From: Candidatus Sulfomarinibacteraceae bacterium
GTDB taxonomy: Bacteria; Acidobacteriota; Thermoanaerobaculia; Thermoanaerobaculales; Sulfomarinibacteraceae
Assembly: GCA_963796455.1 (NCBI GenBank)
Contig: CAWCLO010000007.1
Location: 160,001 to 224,000 of the forward strand
DNA: 64,000 nt
Direction: 5' to 3'
Shown here: piece by piece, positions 28,785-37,143 of the stretch
How the letters are laid out: each line of letters begins with the position of its first letter
Position numbering within the stretch: the first letter of the stretch is position 1
The notes under the pieces: model-generated
What the model was told of the DNA's origin: nothing
The model's database searches: none
The model's input: only the letters and a program-made list of their open reading frames with translations
Made by a program: the position numbers and the translations under genes

Positions 28785-30927
28785 ACTCCACCTTCAGCGG
28801 TCGTCCGACGGCCTTCCAATTCAGGATCCCGCCCTTGAGGTTGAAAACCTCTTTGAAACCGAGACCGAGAAGAAAATGCATGGCCCTGACCGAACGCCGG
28901 CCCGATCGGCACAAGAGGTAGATCGGCCGGTCGCGGGGTAGATCCTCCGAATTCTCTAGGAGAGTGCGAAGGGGCAGCAGACGGGCGGTGGGGATGTGGC
29001 CCTTCGCATACTCCTCCGGTTCACGGACATCGATGAGCAGCCCCTTCTTTTCGGCGATAGCATCCTCGAGCTCACTCACCGCAAGGTGGTTGAGAGGGTA
29101 TTTGATGCGACCGGTAAAGGTCGGCAGACGAACATCGTATGGATGCTTTTCGAGCGGTTGGCATTCAGCAAAGACCCTGAGTTCGCACTCGTAGCAGCAG
29201 ACGGCAGGGTCGAGGACCTCGTTGAAGAGCCACTCGATCGCCTCCTCCTGAGCCAGGAAATGGTCTTCGCCGAGCAGTGTGTCAAAACCCGATTGGCGCA
29301 TGAACTCACGCACCGTGGGGCGCACCTGCAAGAGATACAGGTCGCCCCCGGCACCACGATACAAACGGAGAATACCTTCAAGGACATCGATGCCAGAAAG
29401 ATCACATTGGTAGACGCCGTGCATGCGAAGCAACAAGCGGTTCTGGCCCGGGTTTTTTTCGTAATTTGAAAGCAGCGCATCCTCGACATGGCTGGCAGCG
29501 CCGAAAAAGAGCGCACCGCGAATATTGATCACGCCGAGCTGGGGACAGGCCGGGGCTTGCGGATCCTCGATGAAATGGCGAAAGGTCCCGTCGGGCACCA
29601 CCGGCTCGACGACCGGCATGCTCGATTGATAGATGTATATGGTCAGGGAGAGGATGATCCCGGCCAGAACTGCGAACTCGAGGGGAAAAACAAGGGTGGA
29701 GAGAAAGGTCGTGATCATGATACCGGTCTCGCTGCGCGAGGTCCGCACGACTCGTCGCACCCCTGCCCAATCGACCATTCGATAGGCGATCAACATAATC
29801 AACCCGGCCAGGCTCGCGCGCGGCAGAAAGGCCGCCATCGGCCCCAGGACGAGAACTCCGGCGAGAACAAATAACCCGCAAAAGAGGCTCGACATCTGGG
29901 TCCTCGCACCCGACTGGTGGTTGATGGCCGAACGGGTAAAGGAACCCGAACAGGCGTAACCGCTGAACAGGCCGGAAGCAATATTCGCCATTCCCTGTCC
30001 GACGAGCTCCTGATTCACGTCGATGCGTTCGCCGGTTTGTCGCCCGATCTCGCGTGCAATCGAGACCGCCTCCACAAGACCCAGCGCAGCGACCGCCATC
30101 GATCCGGTCACCACGCCGCCGATGATGTTCTCTTCGAACATCCACGTGAAGGAGAACGGAGTCAGCTGCGGAACAGCCCCGGTCACCGCGCCAACCACCT
30201 CGACTCCCAGACGATCGACACCCACGAGGGCCACAAACAGCCCGGTCCCGGTCAGGGCGATGAGCCCCGCCGGCAACCTCAACGACACCCGGTGAATGAG
30301 CACCATCGCGACTACGGTTGTGACTCCGAGACCGAGGCTGACAAGGTGGGTCTGATCGAGACTGTCGACAACTCCCATGACGGTCCGCCACAGATGGGGG
30401 CTTCTCGGCACCTCGACGCGCAGCATGTTCTTGAGCTGACCGACCGCAATCAGGACCCCGGCTCCGGCGGTAAAACCCAGCAGAACCGCGCGCGACGCAA
30501 AATTGACCAGCATCCCGAGACCGGCAAAACCGAAAACGATGCAATAGACCCCGACCATCACCGCCATCACACTGGCAGCCGCCAAATACTCGGGAGCGCC
30601 GACCGCGGCCAAAGGTGCGAGGATCGACATCACGAGGATCGAGATGGCATTCGTCGGACCGGTCGAAAGATAACGGGAGGAACCCCAGAGGGCGCCAACC
30701 ACCGAGGCCACAGCCGCCGTGAAGAGACCAAAGGTCGCGGGCAACCCGGCGATCGAGGCGTAGGCGATGCTCTGAGGAATGGCCACGACGGCAACGGTGA
30801 GCCCGGCGAGAAGATCGGGTCTGAGATTCCGACGGCGGTAGCCGCGAAAAACCCGCAACGGCCGGGTCAGGGTTGCAGCATCCCGCATCAACATGTCTTT
30901 CGCCCGCATTTCGAAGCTCATGGCCAC
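28783..30927 (-). CDS. SulP family anion transporter with STAS and C-terminal rhodanese domain
   Basis: DLLAGLTVAVVAIPQSIAYA, NQELVGQG and GSFTRS motifs; STAS domain; LIDVREPEEYAKGHIP and CRSGRRS. Confidence 0.93.
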   Translation of the reverse strand: MAMSFEMRAKDMLMRDAATLTRPLRVFRGYRRRNLRPDLLAGLTVAVVAIPQSIAYASIAGLPATFGLFTAAVASVVGALWGSSRYLSTGPTNAISILVMSILAPLAAVGAPEYLAAASVMAVMVGVYCIVFGFAGLGMLVNFASRAVLLGFTAGAGVLIAVGQLKNMLRVEVPRSPHLWRTVMGVVDSLDQTHLVSLGLGVTTVVAMVLIHRVSLRLPAGLIALTGTGLFVALVGVDRLGVEVVGAVTGAVPQLTPFSFTWMFEENIIGGVVTGSMAVAALGLVEAVSIAREIGRQTGERIDVNQELVGQGMANIASGLFSGYACSGSFTRSAINHQSGARTQMSSLFCGLFVLAGVLVLGPMAAFLPRASLAGLIMLIAYRMVDWAGVRRVVRTSRSETGIMITTFLSTLVFPLEFAVLAGIILSLTIYIYQSSMPVVEPVVPDGTFRHFIEDPQAPACPQLGVINIRGALFFGAASHVEDALLSNYEKNPGQNRLLLRMHGVYQCDLSGIDVLEGILRLYRGAGGDLYLLQVRPTVREFMRQSGFDTLLGEDHFLAQEEAIEWLFNEVLDPAVCCYECELRVFAECQPLEKHPYDVRLPTFTGRIKYPLNHLAVSELEDAIAEKKGLLIDVREPEEYAKGHIPTARLLPLRTLLENSEDLPRDRPIYLLCRSGRRSVRAMHFLLGLGFKEVFNLKGGILNWKAVGRPLKVE

Positions 30928-30961
30928 AGCATAACTGAAGCGGCCGCGCTAATCTTCTGAG

Positions 30962-31912
30962 ATGACGCAACTGACCGAGCAACTCATACGACGCGGCCTC
31001 GACGAAGGATTCGATCTCGTCGGGGTTGCACGATCTGGCGAAGCTCGTGGGTCTGAGGCCCTTGACCGCTGGATCGACGCCGGGATGCACGGTGAAATGG
31101 AGTACATGAAGAAAACCCGCCAGGTCCGCGAGGACCCCGGCCATCTTCTTCCAGGATGCAGATCGGTCGTCGCAGTGGCGATGAGCTATCACACCAGACA
31201 ACCCGAATCGACATCCTTTACGGCTACTGACGGCCGCGTCTGGGTGTCGCGTTACGCCTGGGGCCGCGACTACCACCGAATCCTCAAAAAACGACTGATC
31301 CGGCTCGGTCGATGGCTCGCAACAGAGCGTCCCGGCAGCAATTGGCGGGCCTGTGTGGACACCGCGCCGGTTTTGGAACGGGAGTGGGCGGCGCGCGCCG
31401 GTCTCGGCTGGATCGGAAAAAACACGATGCTGATGAATCGCGAATTTGGTTCTGAGCTGTTTCTCGGGATCTTGCTCACCGATATCGAACTCGAAGCGGA
31501 TTCGATCCGGCCAGAACACTGCGGAACCTGTACCGCCTGCCTCGATGCCTGTCCGACCGAGGCATTCCCGTCTGAACGGGTGCTCGACGCAACCCGGTGC
31601 ATCGGCTATCTCACGATCGAGCACCGGTCAGAGATTGCAGAGGATCTGGCGCCGGAGGTCGGGGCCATGGTCGCCGGCTGCGATATCTGCCAGGAGGTCT
31701 GTCCCTGGACTCGGCGGGCCCCCACCGACCTCCACCATGAATTCACACCGGCACCGCACCGATACCGTCCCCGCCTCGACGACCTGGAGGGCATGGACGA
31801 GGCGGAATTCAGGAAATGGCGGGAGGGCTCCGCCCTCAACCGTATTTCCTACCGACAGTTCAAACGGAATATCGCGGTCTCACGAAACAACCTCGATCGC
31901 GTGCGAGAGTAA
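30962..31912 (+). CDS. queG: tRNA epoxyqueuosine(34) reductase
   Basis: SRYAWGRDYH, VDTAPVLER, CGTCTACLDACPT and GCDICQEVCPW motifs. Confidence 0.96.
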   Translation: MTQLTEQLIRRGLDEGFDLVGVARSGEARGSEALDRWIDAGMHGEMEYMKKTRQVREDPGHLLPGCRSVVAVAMSYHTRQPESTSFTATDGRVWVSRYAWGRDYHRILKKRLIRLGRWLATERPGSNWRACVDTAPVLEREWAARAGLGWIGKNTMLMNREFGSELFLGILLTDIELEADSIRPEHCGTCTACLDACPTEAFPSERVLDATRCIGYLTIEHRSEIAEDLAPEVGAMVAGCDICQEVCPWTRRAPTDLHHEFTPAPHRYRPRLDDLEGMDEAEFRKWREGSALNRISYRQFKRNIAVSRNNLDRVRE

Positions 31913-31922
31913 CGCGGGTCCG

Positions 31923-32468
31923 CTATTTTTTCAGCGGACGCATGACCATCGTCAGATCGCGACCCTCGAGTCGATTCGGCATCTGATCGACCTTGGCGAC
32001 ATCCTGAAGGTCCTCGGCGACGCGACGGAGAAGCTCGAAGCCGTTTTCCGGCCGCCGCATTTCACGCATGCGAAACATGATCGTCACTTTGACGTGCTTG
32101 CCTTGCCCGAGGAACTTGCGCGCCCTCCGGGTTTTGGTTTCAAAGTCATGAATATTGATATTGGGTCGGTATTTGACTTCTTTGACGTCGACCTGATGCT
32201 GTTGCTTTCTCGCCTCACGGGCTTTCTTTTCCTGCTCGTAACGGAATCGTCCGTAGTCCATGATCTTGCAAACGATCGGTCGTGAGTTTGCCGCCACCTC
32301 GACCAGGTCGAGGCCCTTTTCTTTCGCCATGGCGAGAGCCTCGTCGACGGGCACCACTCCGATCTGACTGCCGTCATCATCGACGAGGCGCACCGGTGAG
32401 AGTCTAATTCGTTCATTGATGCGCACTTGCGGCGCATCTGGATCGTCTCGAAACGCGTACTTTCTGAT
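31923..32468 (-). CDS. infC: Translation initiation factor IF-3 (probable ATC start)
   Basis: RINERIR, LDLVEVA and CKIMDYGRFRYE motifs. In-frame ATC at 32468, 6 nt after GGGAGG. Confidence 0.95.
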   Translation of the reverse strand: MRKYAFRDDPDAPQVRINERIRLSPVRLVDDDGSQIGVVPVDEALAMAKEKGLDLVEVAANSRPIVCKIMDYGRFRYEQEKKAREARKQQHQVDVKEVKYRPNINIHDFETKTRRARKFLGQGKHVKVTIMFRMREMRRPENGFELLRRVAEDLQDVAKVDQMPNRLEGRDLTMVMRPLKK

Positions 32469-32650
32469 GGTCGTCCTCCCTCAGGTTGGATTGATATAAG
32501 TATTGCCCGAAACCGCCCACGGCGGCTGGGGATACCGTCCGGGAGTATATCACCCAAGACGCATGAACAAACCGTTTTCGAGTATTTTTGTTGATTGATT
32601 CAGCCGCGACCGAGATTCGCCACGATCCGGCCGACAAAGCGCACATGAGG

Positions 32651-32682
32651 AACCGCAGATCACGCAGATAAGCGCAGATAAA
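32651..32682. repeat. AACCGCAGAT periodic repeat module
   Basis: aaccgcagatcacgcagataagcgcagataaa. Confidence 0.8.
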
Positions 32683-32802
32683 CACCGCTATTGGAATCGA
32701 CATCGGAAATCGAGATCTCCGCCGGCCCGTCAATAGCGAGAGCGATGGGGACTCAGCCCCTCTGCCATCGGTCGACGCACCAAAAACTGAAATCCAAAAT
32801 CG

Positions 32803-32861
32803 ATCTCCCTTTCTCCCTTTCTCCCTTTCTCCCTTTCGGGATCGGGATCGGGACCGGAACC
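32803..32861. repeat. Octamer (TCTCCCTT)x4 followed by (CGGGAT)n
   Basis: tctccctttctccctttctccctttctccctttcgggatcgggatcgggaccggaacc. Confidence 0.85.
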
Positions 32862-32872
32862 GTCGTTCAAGA

Positions 32873-32990
32873 TGTCATCCTGAGCGAAGCGCCTCGGGCG
32901 CGAAGTCGAAGGATCTGCGGTCTTGGGTCTCTCCCGTGCGCGCCATAGATCCTTCGACTGCGCCCCTTTGGGGCTCCGCTCAGGATGACA
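32873..32990. repeat. REPIN-like element, inverted copy of 28383-28505
   Basis: tgtcatcctgagcgaagcg...gtcgaaggatct...agatccttcgac...cgctcaggatgaca. Confidence 0.88.
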
Positions 32991-33034
32991 CCGGGATGCG
33001 GCATTCGCATGCGTGCGAAACCGGTGCCGAAAGG

Positions 33035-33178
33035 TTCTCCTTTTCCCCTCTGCCCCCTTTCCCCTCCGCCCCTCTGCCATGTGGCGGTTCGAGCATCGAG
33101 CATCAAGCGACTGTACGGTTCTCCCTTTCCCCTTTCCCCCTTTCTCCCCTTCTCCCTTTTCCTGCTTCCCCCTTCCCC
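33035..33178. repeat. Pyrimidine-rich octamer arrays with an internal (TCGAGCA)n heptamer tract
   Basis: ttctccttttcccctctgccccctttcccc..., tcgagcatcgagcatcaagc, ttctccctttcccctttccccctttctcccc. Confidence 0.75.
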
Positions 33179-33213
33179 GGTCGGCCGGGGTGATAATCCG
33201 ATACCATGGCCCG

Positions 33214-33855
33214 GTGCCGATCATCGACGACGAAGCCCTTGTCCTGGACCACCACAGATTTCGCGACCGCGATCTCGTCCTCGCGGTGATCTGTCGGCAT
33301 CACGGCGTGCAGCGAGGCATTCTCCGCCGGGCGCGTTCCGGCAAGGCACCGGCCGCCGCTGCGGCCCAGATCCTGTCCCACGTCCATGTGAGCCTCTTTC
33401 AGAAACCGACCGCCGAACTGGCCACCTACCGGCACATCGAATTGATCAGGTCTTCCTTCGGTCTGACCACCCAGTTGGAACGGTCGGCGGCCGCCGCGGT
33501 GGTGGCCGAGCTTCTCCTGACCTATTTCCCTCCTTCAGAGTCGTCCGAGCGGGCGTTCCGCCTCGGGTTGAAATCCCTCGAGGCCCTGCTCGAAAACACT
33601 GCAAGCGACACCGTGGTCGCCTACGCGCAATACTGGACCCTGGCCCTCGGTGGTGTCCTCGGTCCACCCGAGGCCGGGTCATCGCCGCTCGATCACGCCA
33701 GCCTCGAGTTCCTCTCCCAATGCCGGCAGCGCGGGGTTGCCGAAATCGAGGACCCGGTGCCGGCAGCGGCGGCTCGCTGGCTCGACCAACGCGCTCGCGA
33801 AGAGGCTGAGAGGCCTCTCCGCGCCCTGACCTTTTATCGGCGTGAGTGCGGTTGA
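33214..33855 (+). CDS. recO: DNA repair protein RecO
   Basis: N-terminal OB-fold pattern EALVL....F.DRDLVL.....HG..RGI.R.AR, followed by a helical domain; GTG start. Confidence 0.8.
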   Translation: MPIIDDEALVLDHHRFRDRDLVLAVICRHHGVQRGILRRARSGKAPAAAAAQILSHVHVSLFQKPTAELATYRHIELIRSSFGLTTQLERSAAAAVVAELLLTYFPPSESSERAFRLGLKSLEALLENTASDTVVAYAQYWTLALGGVLGPPEAGSSPLDHASLEFLSQCRQRGVAEIEDPVPAAAARWLDQRAREEAERPLRALTFYRRECG

Positions 33856-34544
33856 TGGAGATGCGGTTGGCCAGGCATCAAACCATCGCACTCTTCCAAC
33901 ATCGAGGGGTCCAGCACATAAGGTTCCTGCAACCGGTGCTCGACCTGGCGATGCTCGACGAAATCTCGACCGCCCTCGAGTCTCTTGCATTTCCCGGTTC
34001 ATTACCGTTGCTTCTGGTTTCCAGACACCCGTCGGTTTTTCTGGCCGGCGCCAACCTGGCGGAGATCGAGCAACTCGATGCCGCCAGGTGTATTGAATAC
34101 GCCGGAAGGGGACGACGGGTCGCTCGTCTGATCTCGCAGCACCCGGCACCCACGGTCGCCGCCGTTCATGGGTCCTGCTCCGGTGGCGGCGTGGATCTGG
34201 TCCTCTCATGCGACGCTCTGATCTCGAGACCGGACGCCACATTTCAGCACCCCGGTATTCGACGAGGTCTGGTGACCGGGTGGTCCGGAACCGCACGACT
34301 CCCGCACGGGCTCGGGCGGTCAAATGTGCGACGAATGCTCCTCGAGGGGGCGTCGCTCAACGGCCGAGCCATGGTGGACCTTGGGCTGGTCCAGTCGGTC
34401 TCGGACGAACCAGGCGCCGAGGCCATCGATACGGCGATCTCGCTGGCCGCCCTGGATTCCGAACGGCTGCGCCTGTGGCGGGCTCTCAGAAAGCCCGGTT
34501 TCATTGACAGATTCCGCGCCACCGTGGTACATAAATTACGATAG
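33855..34544 (+). CDS. Enoyl-CoA hydratase/isomerase family protein
   Basis: VFLAGANL, PTVAAVHGSCSGGG and GLVTGWSGT motifs. Confidence 0.85.
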   Translation: MEMRLARHQTIALFQHRGVQHIRFLQPVLDLAMLDEISTALESLAFPGSLPLLLVSRHPSVFLAGANLAEIEQLDAARCIEYAGRGRRVARLISQHPAPTVAAVHGSCSGGGVDLVLSCDALISRPDATFQHPGIRRGLVTGWSGTARLPHGLGRSNVRRMLLEGASLNGRAMVDLGLVQSVSDEPGAEAIDTAISLAALDSERLRLWRALRKPGFIDRFRATVVHKLR

Positions 34545-34643
34545 ACGAAGACTTTTCACGATTCAAGAATTGGCGGGAAACGGACATATGAAGGCAGCGA
34601 TTTACCGCAGTAACGTGGTTCGGAGAGGGAGCGAGGGGATGTC

Positions 34644-36017
34644 ATGAGTCGCACGATTTTGCTTGCCGATGACAGCCTGACAATTCAAAAAGTCGTCGAA
34701 CTCACATTTGCCGACACCGATTACGAGGTGGTGGCCGTCTCGAGTGGTGATGAGCTTTTGCAGAAGCTTCCCGGAAGCAATGCTGATCTGGTCATCTGCG
34801 ACGTGATCATGCCGGGGCGCGACGGTTACGACGTGTGCCATGAAATCAAATCGAACCCGGATTCGCTGCATCTCCCGGTTATTCTCTTGACCGGCACCTT
34901 TGAGCCCTTCGATCGGGATCGGGCGCTGGCGGTGGGATGTTCGGAGATCATCACAAAACCATTCGAGGCCCGAAAACTGGTTGATGCCGTCAACCGGCTG
35001 GCGACCGAAGATGGCGGTGCACCTCTGGCAGCACCCGCAACGAAGAACGAAGGACAGCTGGAGAATGAAGGGCAAGTCACGCCGCCCGTTCCCATGATGG
35101 TCCCCGAGAATCTCTCGAGTTTCGAGGACGAACTCCAAGACACCGCCGTGAGCGCTGAGTTCGGCCCCGGCCCGGAAGAAGAAATCGAGACGAACGATTT
35201 GTTTGACAGTGGGCCCGCCGTTCCGCAAGCAGATGAACCGAGCCGTGACACTGTCGATTTCGCCGCCCCCGCAGAAGATGTTGAATTCGATCTCGTTGAG
35301 AACGCACAAACGACGGAGATCGAAGTACCCGCGGATCCGCCGAACGCGGTGCCAATAGGCCCATCTGAAGCCGAGATCATCCACGATGCGGCCGACACCG
35401 TGTCTGACCGGAACATCGCGGAGATAATGGACGAAACCGAGAACGAGGTCTTCGCCGAGCAACCGGTCGCGATGGACGATGATGTCTTCCCATCGGATAC
35501 CAGTCACGAAGAGCCGTTCCAGACCGAGGAACCTGAATTGCCGACACCGCCGGTATCTCAGTTCGAAACCGACCATTCCAAAACAACTCCGATCAATGTC
35601 AGTTCGGTGATGGCCGAGGTTCCTGTCCACGATGAGATTTCTGAGTTTGAATTCGATGCCGCAACGGACGAGGTTGCGGGCGCGACGACCCAGGAAATCG
35701 ATGACATATCCGACGCTGACACCCAGGACTTTGACGAAACGCCCTGCACCGAAGACATCTCCAACGACGAAATGTCCAACGCGGCGACCCAGGACATCAC
35801 CGAGGTCGAGGAGACCCCGGCGGTCGCGGTTCCAGCCGGCGACTCCGCATCCAGTCTCAGCGACGAAGATGTTGATCGGATCGCGCGACGAGTGGTCGAG
35901 TTGTCCCGCGACAGAATCGAACACATCGCGTGGAGCGTCATCCCAGACATGGCTGAGATCGTGGTTCGCGAAAGGGTTCGTGAGATCGAAGAAAAGGCTG
36001 GAGGAGAGCCCGGCTGA
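34644..36017 (+). CDS. romR: RomR-like response regulator (receiver + long acidic linker + conserved C-terminal helix)
   Basis: ADDSLTIQKV, LLTGTFEPFD and TKPFE receiver motifs. The C-terminus IEHIAWSVIPDMAEIVVRE resembles the Myxococcus RomR C-domain (from memory). Confidence 0.75.
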   Translation: MSRTILLADDSLTIQKVVELTFADTDYEVVAVSSGDELLQKLPGSNADLVICDVIMPGRDGYDVCHEIKSNPDSLHLPVILLTGTFEPFDRDRALAVGCSEIITKPFEARKLVDAVNRLATEDGGAPLAAPATKNEGQLENEGQVTPPVPMMVPENLSSFEDELQDTAVSAEFGPGPEEEIETNDLFDSGPAVPQADEPSRDTVDFAAPAEDVEFDLVENAQTTEIEVPADPPNAVPIGPSEAEIIHDAADTVSDRNIAEIMDETENEVFAEQPVAMDDDVFPSDTSHEEPFQTEEPELPTPPVSQFETDHSKTTPINVSSVMAEVPVHDEISEFEFDAATDEVAGATTQEIDDISDADTQDFDETPCTEDISNDEMSNAATQDITEVEETPAVAVPAGDSASSLSDEDVDRIARRVVELSRDRIEHIAWSVIPDMAEIVVRERVREIEEKAGGEPG

Positions 36018-36065
36018 TTCCTTCGCGTCGCATCGATTCGCCACCCAGACTCCCAGGAGAAATTT

Positions 36066-36842
36066 GTGAATGAACGATTGAACTCGTTGCAGCGAGCTCT
36101 TGCTCAGCACGCCGAAAATATCGTATTGCTTGACGTGACAAGCTCGACCCACGCCATGGCGCGGCGCCTGATCTCCGAGATGGATGAAGAATCCCAGGAA
36201 CTCGGACCGACCCTGATCCTCGCCGACCGGCAGGAGCACGGTGAGGGTCGAGGCGAGCATCGCTGGCAACAGTCTGAACAAGGACTCTACCTGAATTGGT
36301 TACGAACCGGGATCGGGCAGGAAACGCTGGGCATGCTGCCCATGTTGGCCGCCGCTGCAACCAGGCAGTCCATCGCCGCGGTTGGTGTCGCAGACACCCG
36401 CATCAAATGGCCGAACGACATCCTGGTCAAAGGCGAGAAAATTGCTGGGTTGCTGGTGTTTGCCCGCCATGGCGAAAAGATCTGGTTTACCGTGGGTCTC
36501 GGCGTCAATCTTGCCTCGGCCCCGGCCATCACCGAGAGCGATTCACCACCGGCGACAGCGATTGCTGATCACGTCGATGGCGGAGATTTCGACAGGTGGC
36601 GTCACGACATCGCCTGTTCCTTCATCGAGACCCTGGTTCTCTCCCTGGGAAACCCCGGATCCGGTCTCGAAGACTGGCGCCGCCACCTGGTTCAACGAGC
36701 CGGCGACGACATCAGCGTCCGCCTCGCTTCCGGCGAGGTCCTTGCGGGGTCGATCACAGAGATCACCAAGGAAGGGTTTTTGCGGATTCAGGGGAGCGAC
36801 GGCGAACGCCTGGTAACCGGAGGAGATGTCGTCGAGAGCTGA
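36066..36842 (+). CDS. birA: Biotin--[acetyl-CoA-carboxylase] ligase (no HTH domain)
   Basis: Q..GEGRG, IKWPNDI, KIAGLL and VGLGVN motifs. Confidence 0.9.
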   Translation: MNERLNSLQRALAQHAENIVLLDVTSSTHAMARRLISEMDEESQELGPTLILADRQEHGEGRGEHRWQQSEQGLYLNWLRTGIGQETLGMLPMLAAAATRQSIAAVGVADTRIKWPNDILVKGEKIAGLLVFARHGEKIWFTVGLGVNLASAPAITESDSPPATAIADHVDGGDFDRWRHDIACSFIETLVLSLGNPGSGLEDWRRHLVQRAGDDISVRLASGEVLAGSITEITKEGFLRIQGSDGERLVTGGDVVES

Positions 36843-36852
36843 GCGCGAACCC

Positions 36853-37131
36853 GAGAAAGGGCGAAAGGGTGAAAGGGCGAAGGGGAGATCGTCCAGTTGC
36901 CCGATGCGAGAGTTTCGATTCGATGCTCTTCGCCCTCTAGAAACCCTCGGGGCCGTAGCGATCGCTCAAGATGAGCAACCGTAGATTTCGAGTTCCGATG
37001 CCTGTACCCATTGCGATGTCTTATCGCCGTTCATCTGCGTGATCTGCGGTTACTCATGAGAGCATTGCCGAAAATCCGAAATCCGAAATCCGAAATTCCA
37101 AATGCTCCCCTGCTCCCGTGCTCCCTTTCCC
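36853..37131. repeat. Composite repeat region: (GAAAGGGC)n ... ATCTGCG module ... (AAATCCG)n ... (GCTCCCCT)n
   Basis: Octamer arms at 36853-36888 and 37104-37131 in inverted polarity, enclosing atctgcgtgatctgcggtt (37033-37051) and aaatccgaaatccgaaatccgaaattcc. Confidence 0.75.
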
Positions 37132-37143
37132 TACTCGACTTCC

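Noticed and set aside
28387..28921. Small ORFs across the REPIN and octamer arrays (also 32730-33224)
   Set aside because: Low-complexity translations of repeats (CHPERS, LLCSSAP) with no RBS or family motif.
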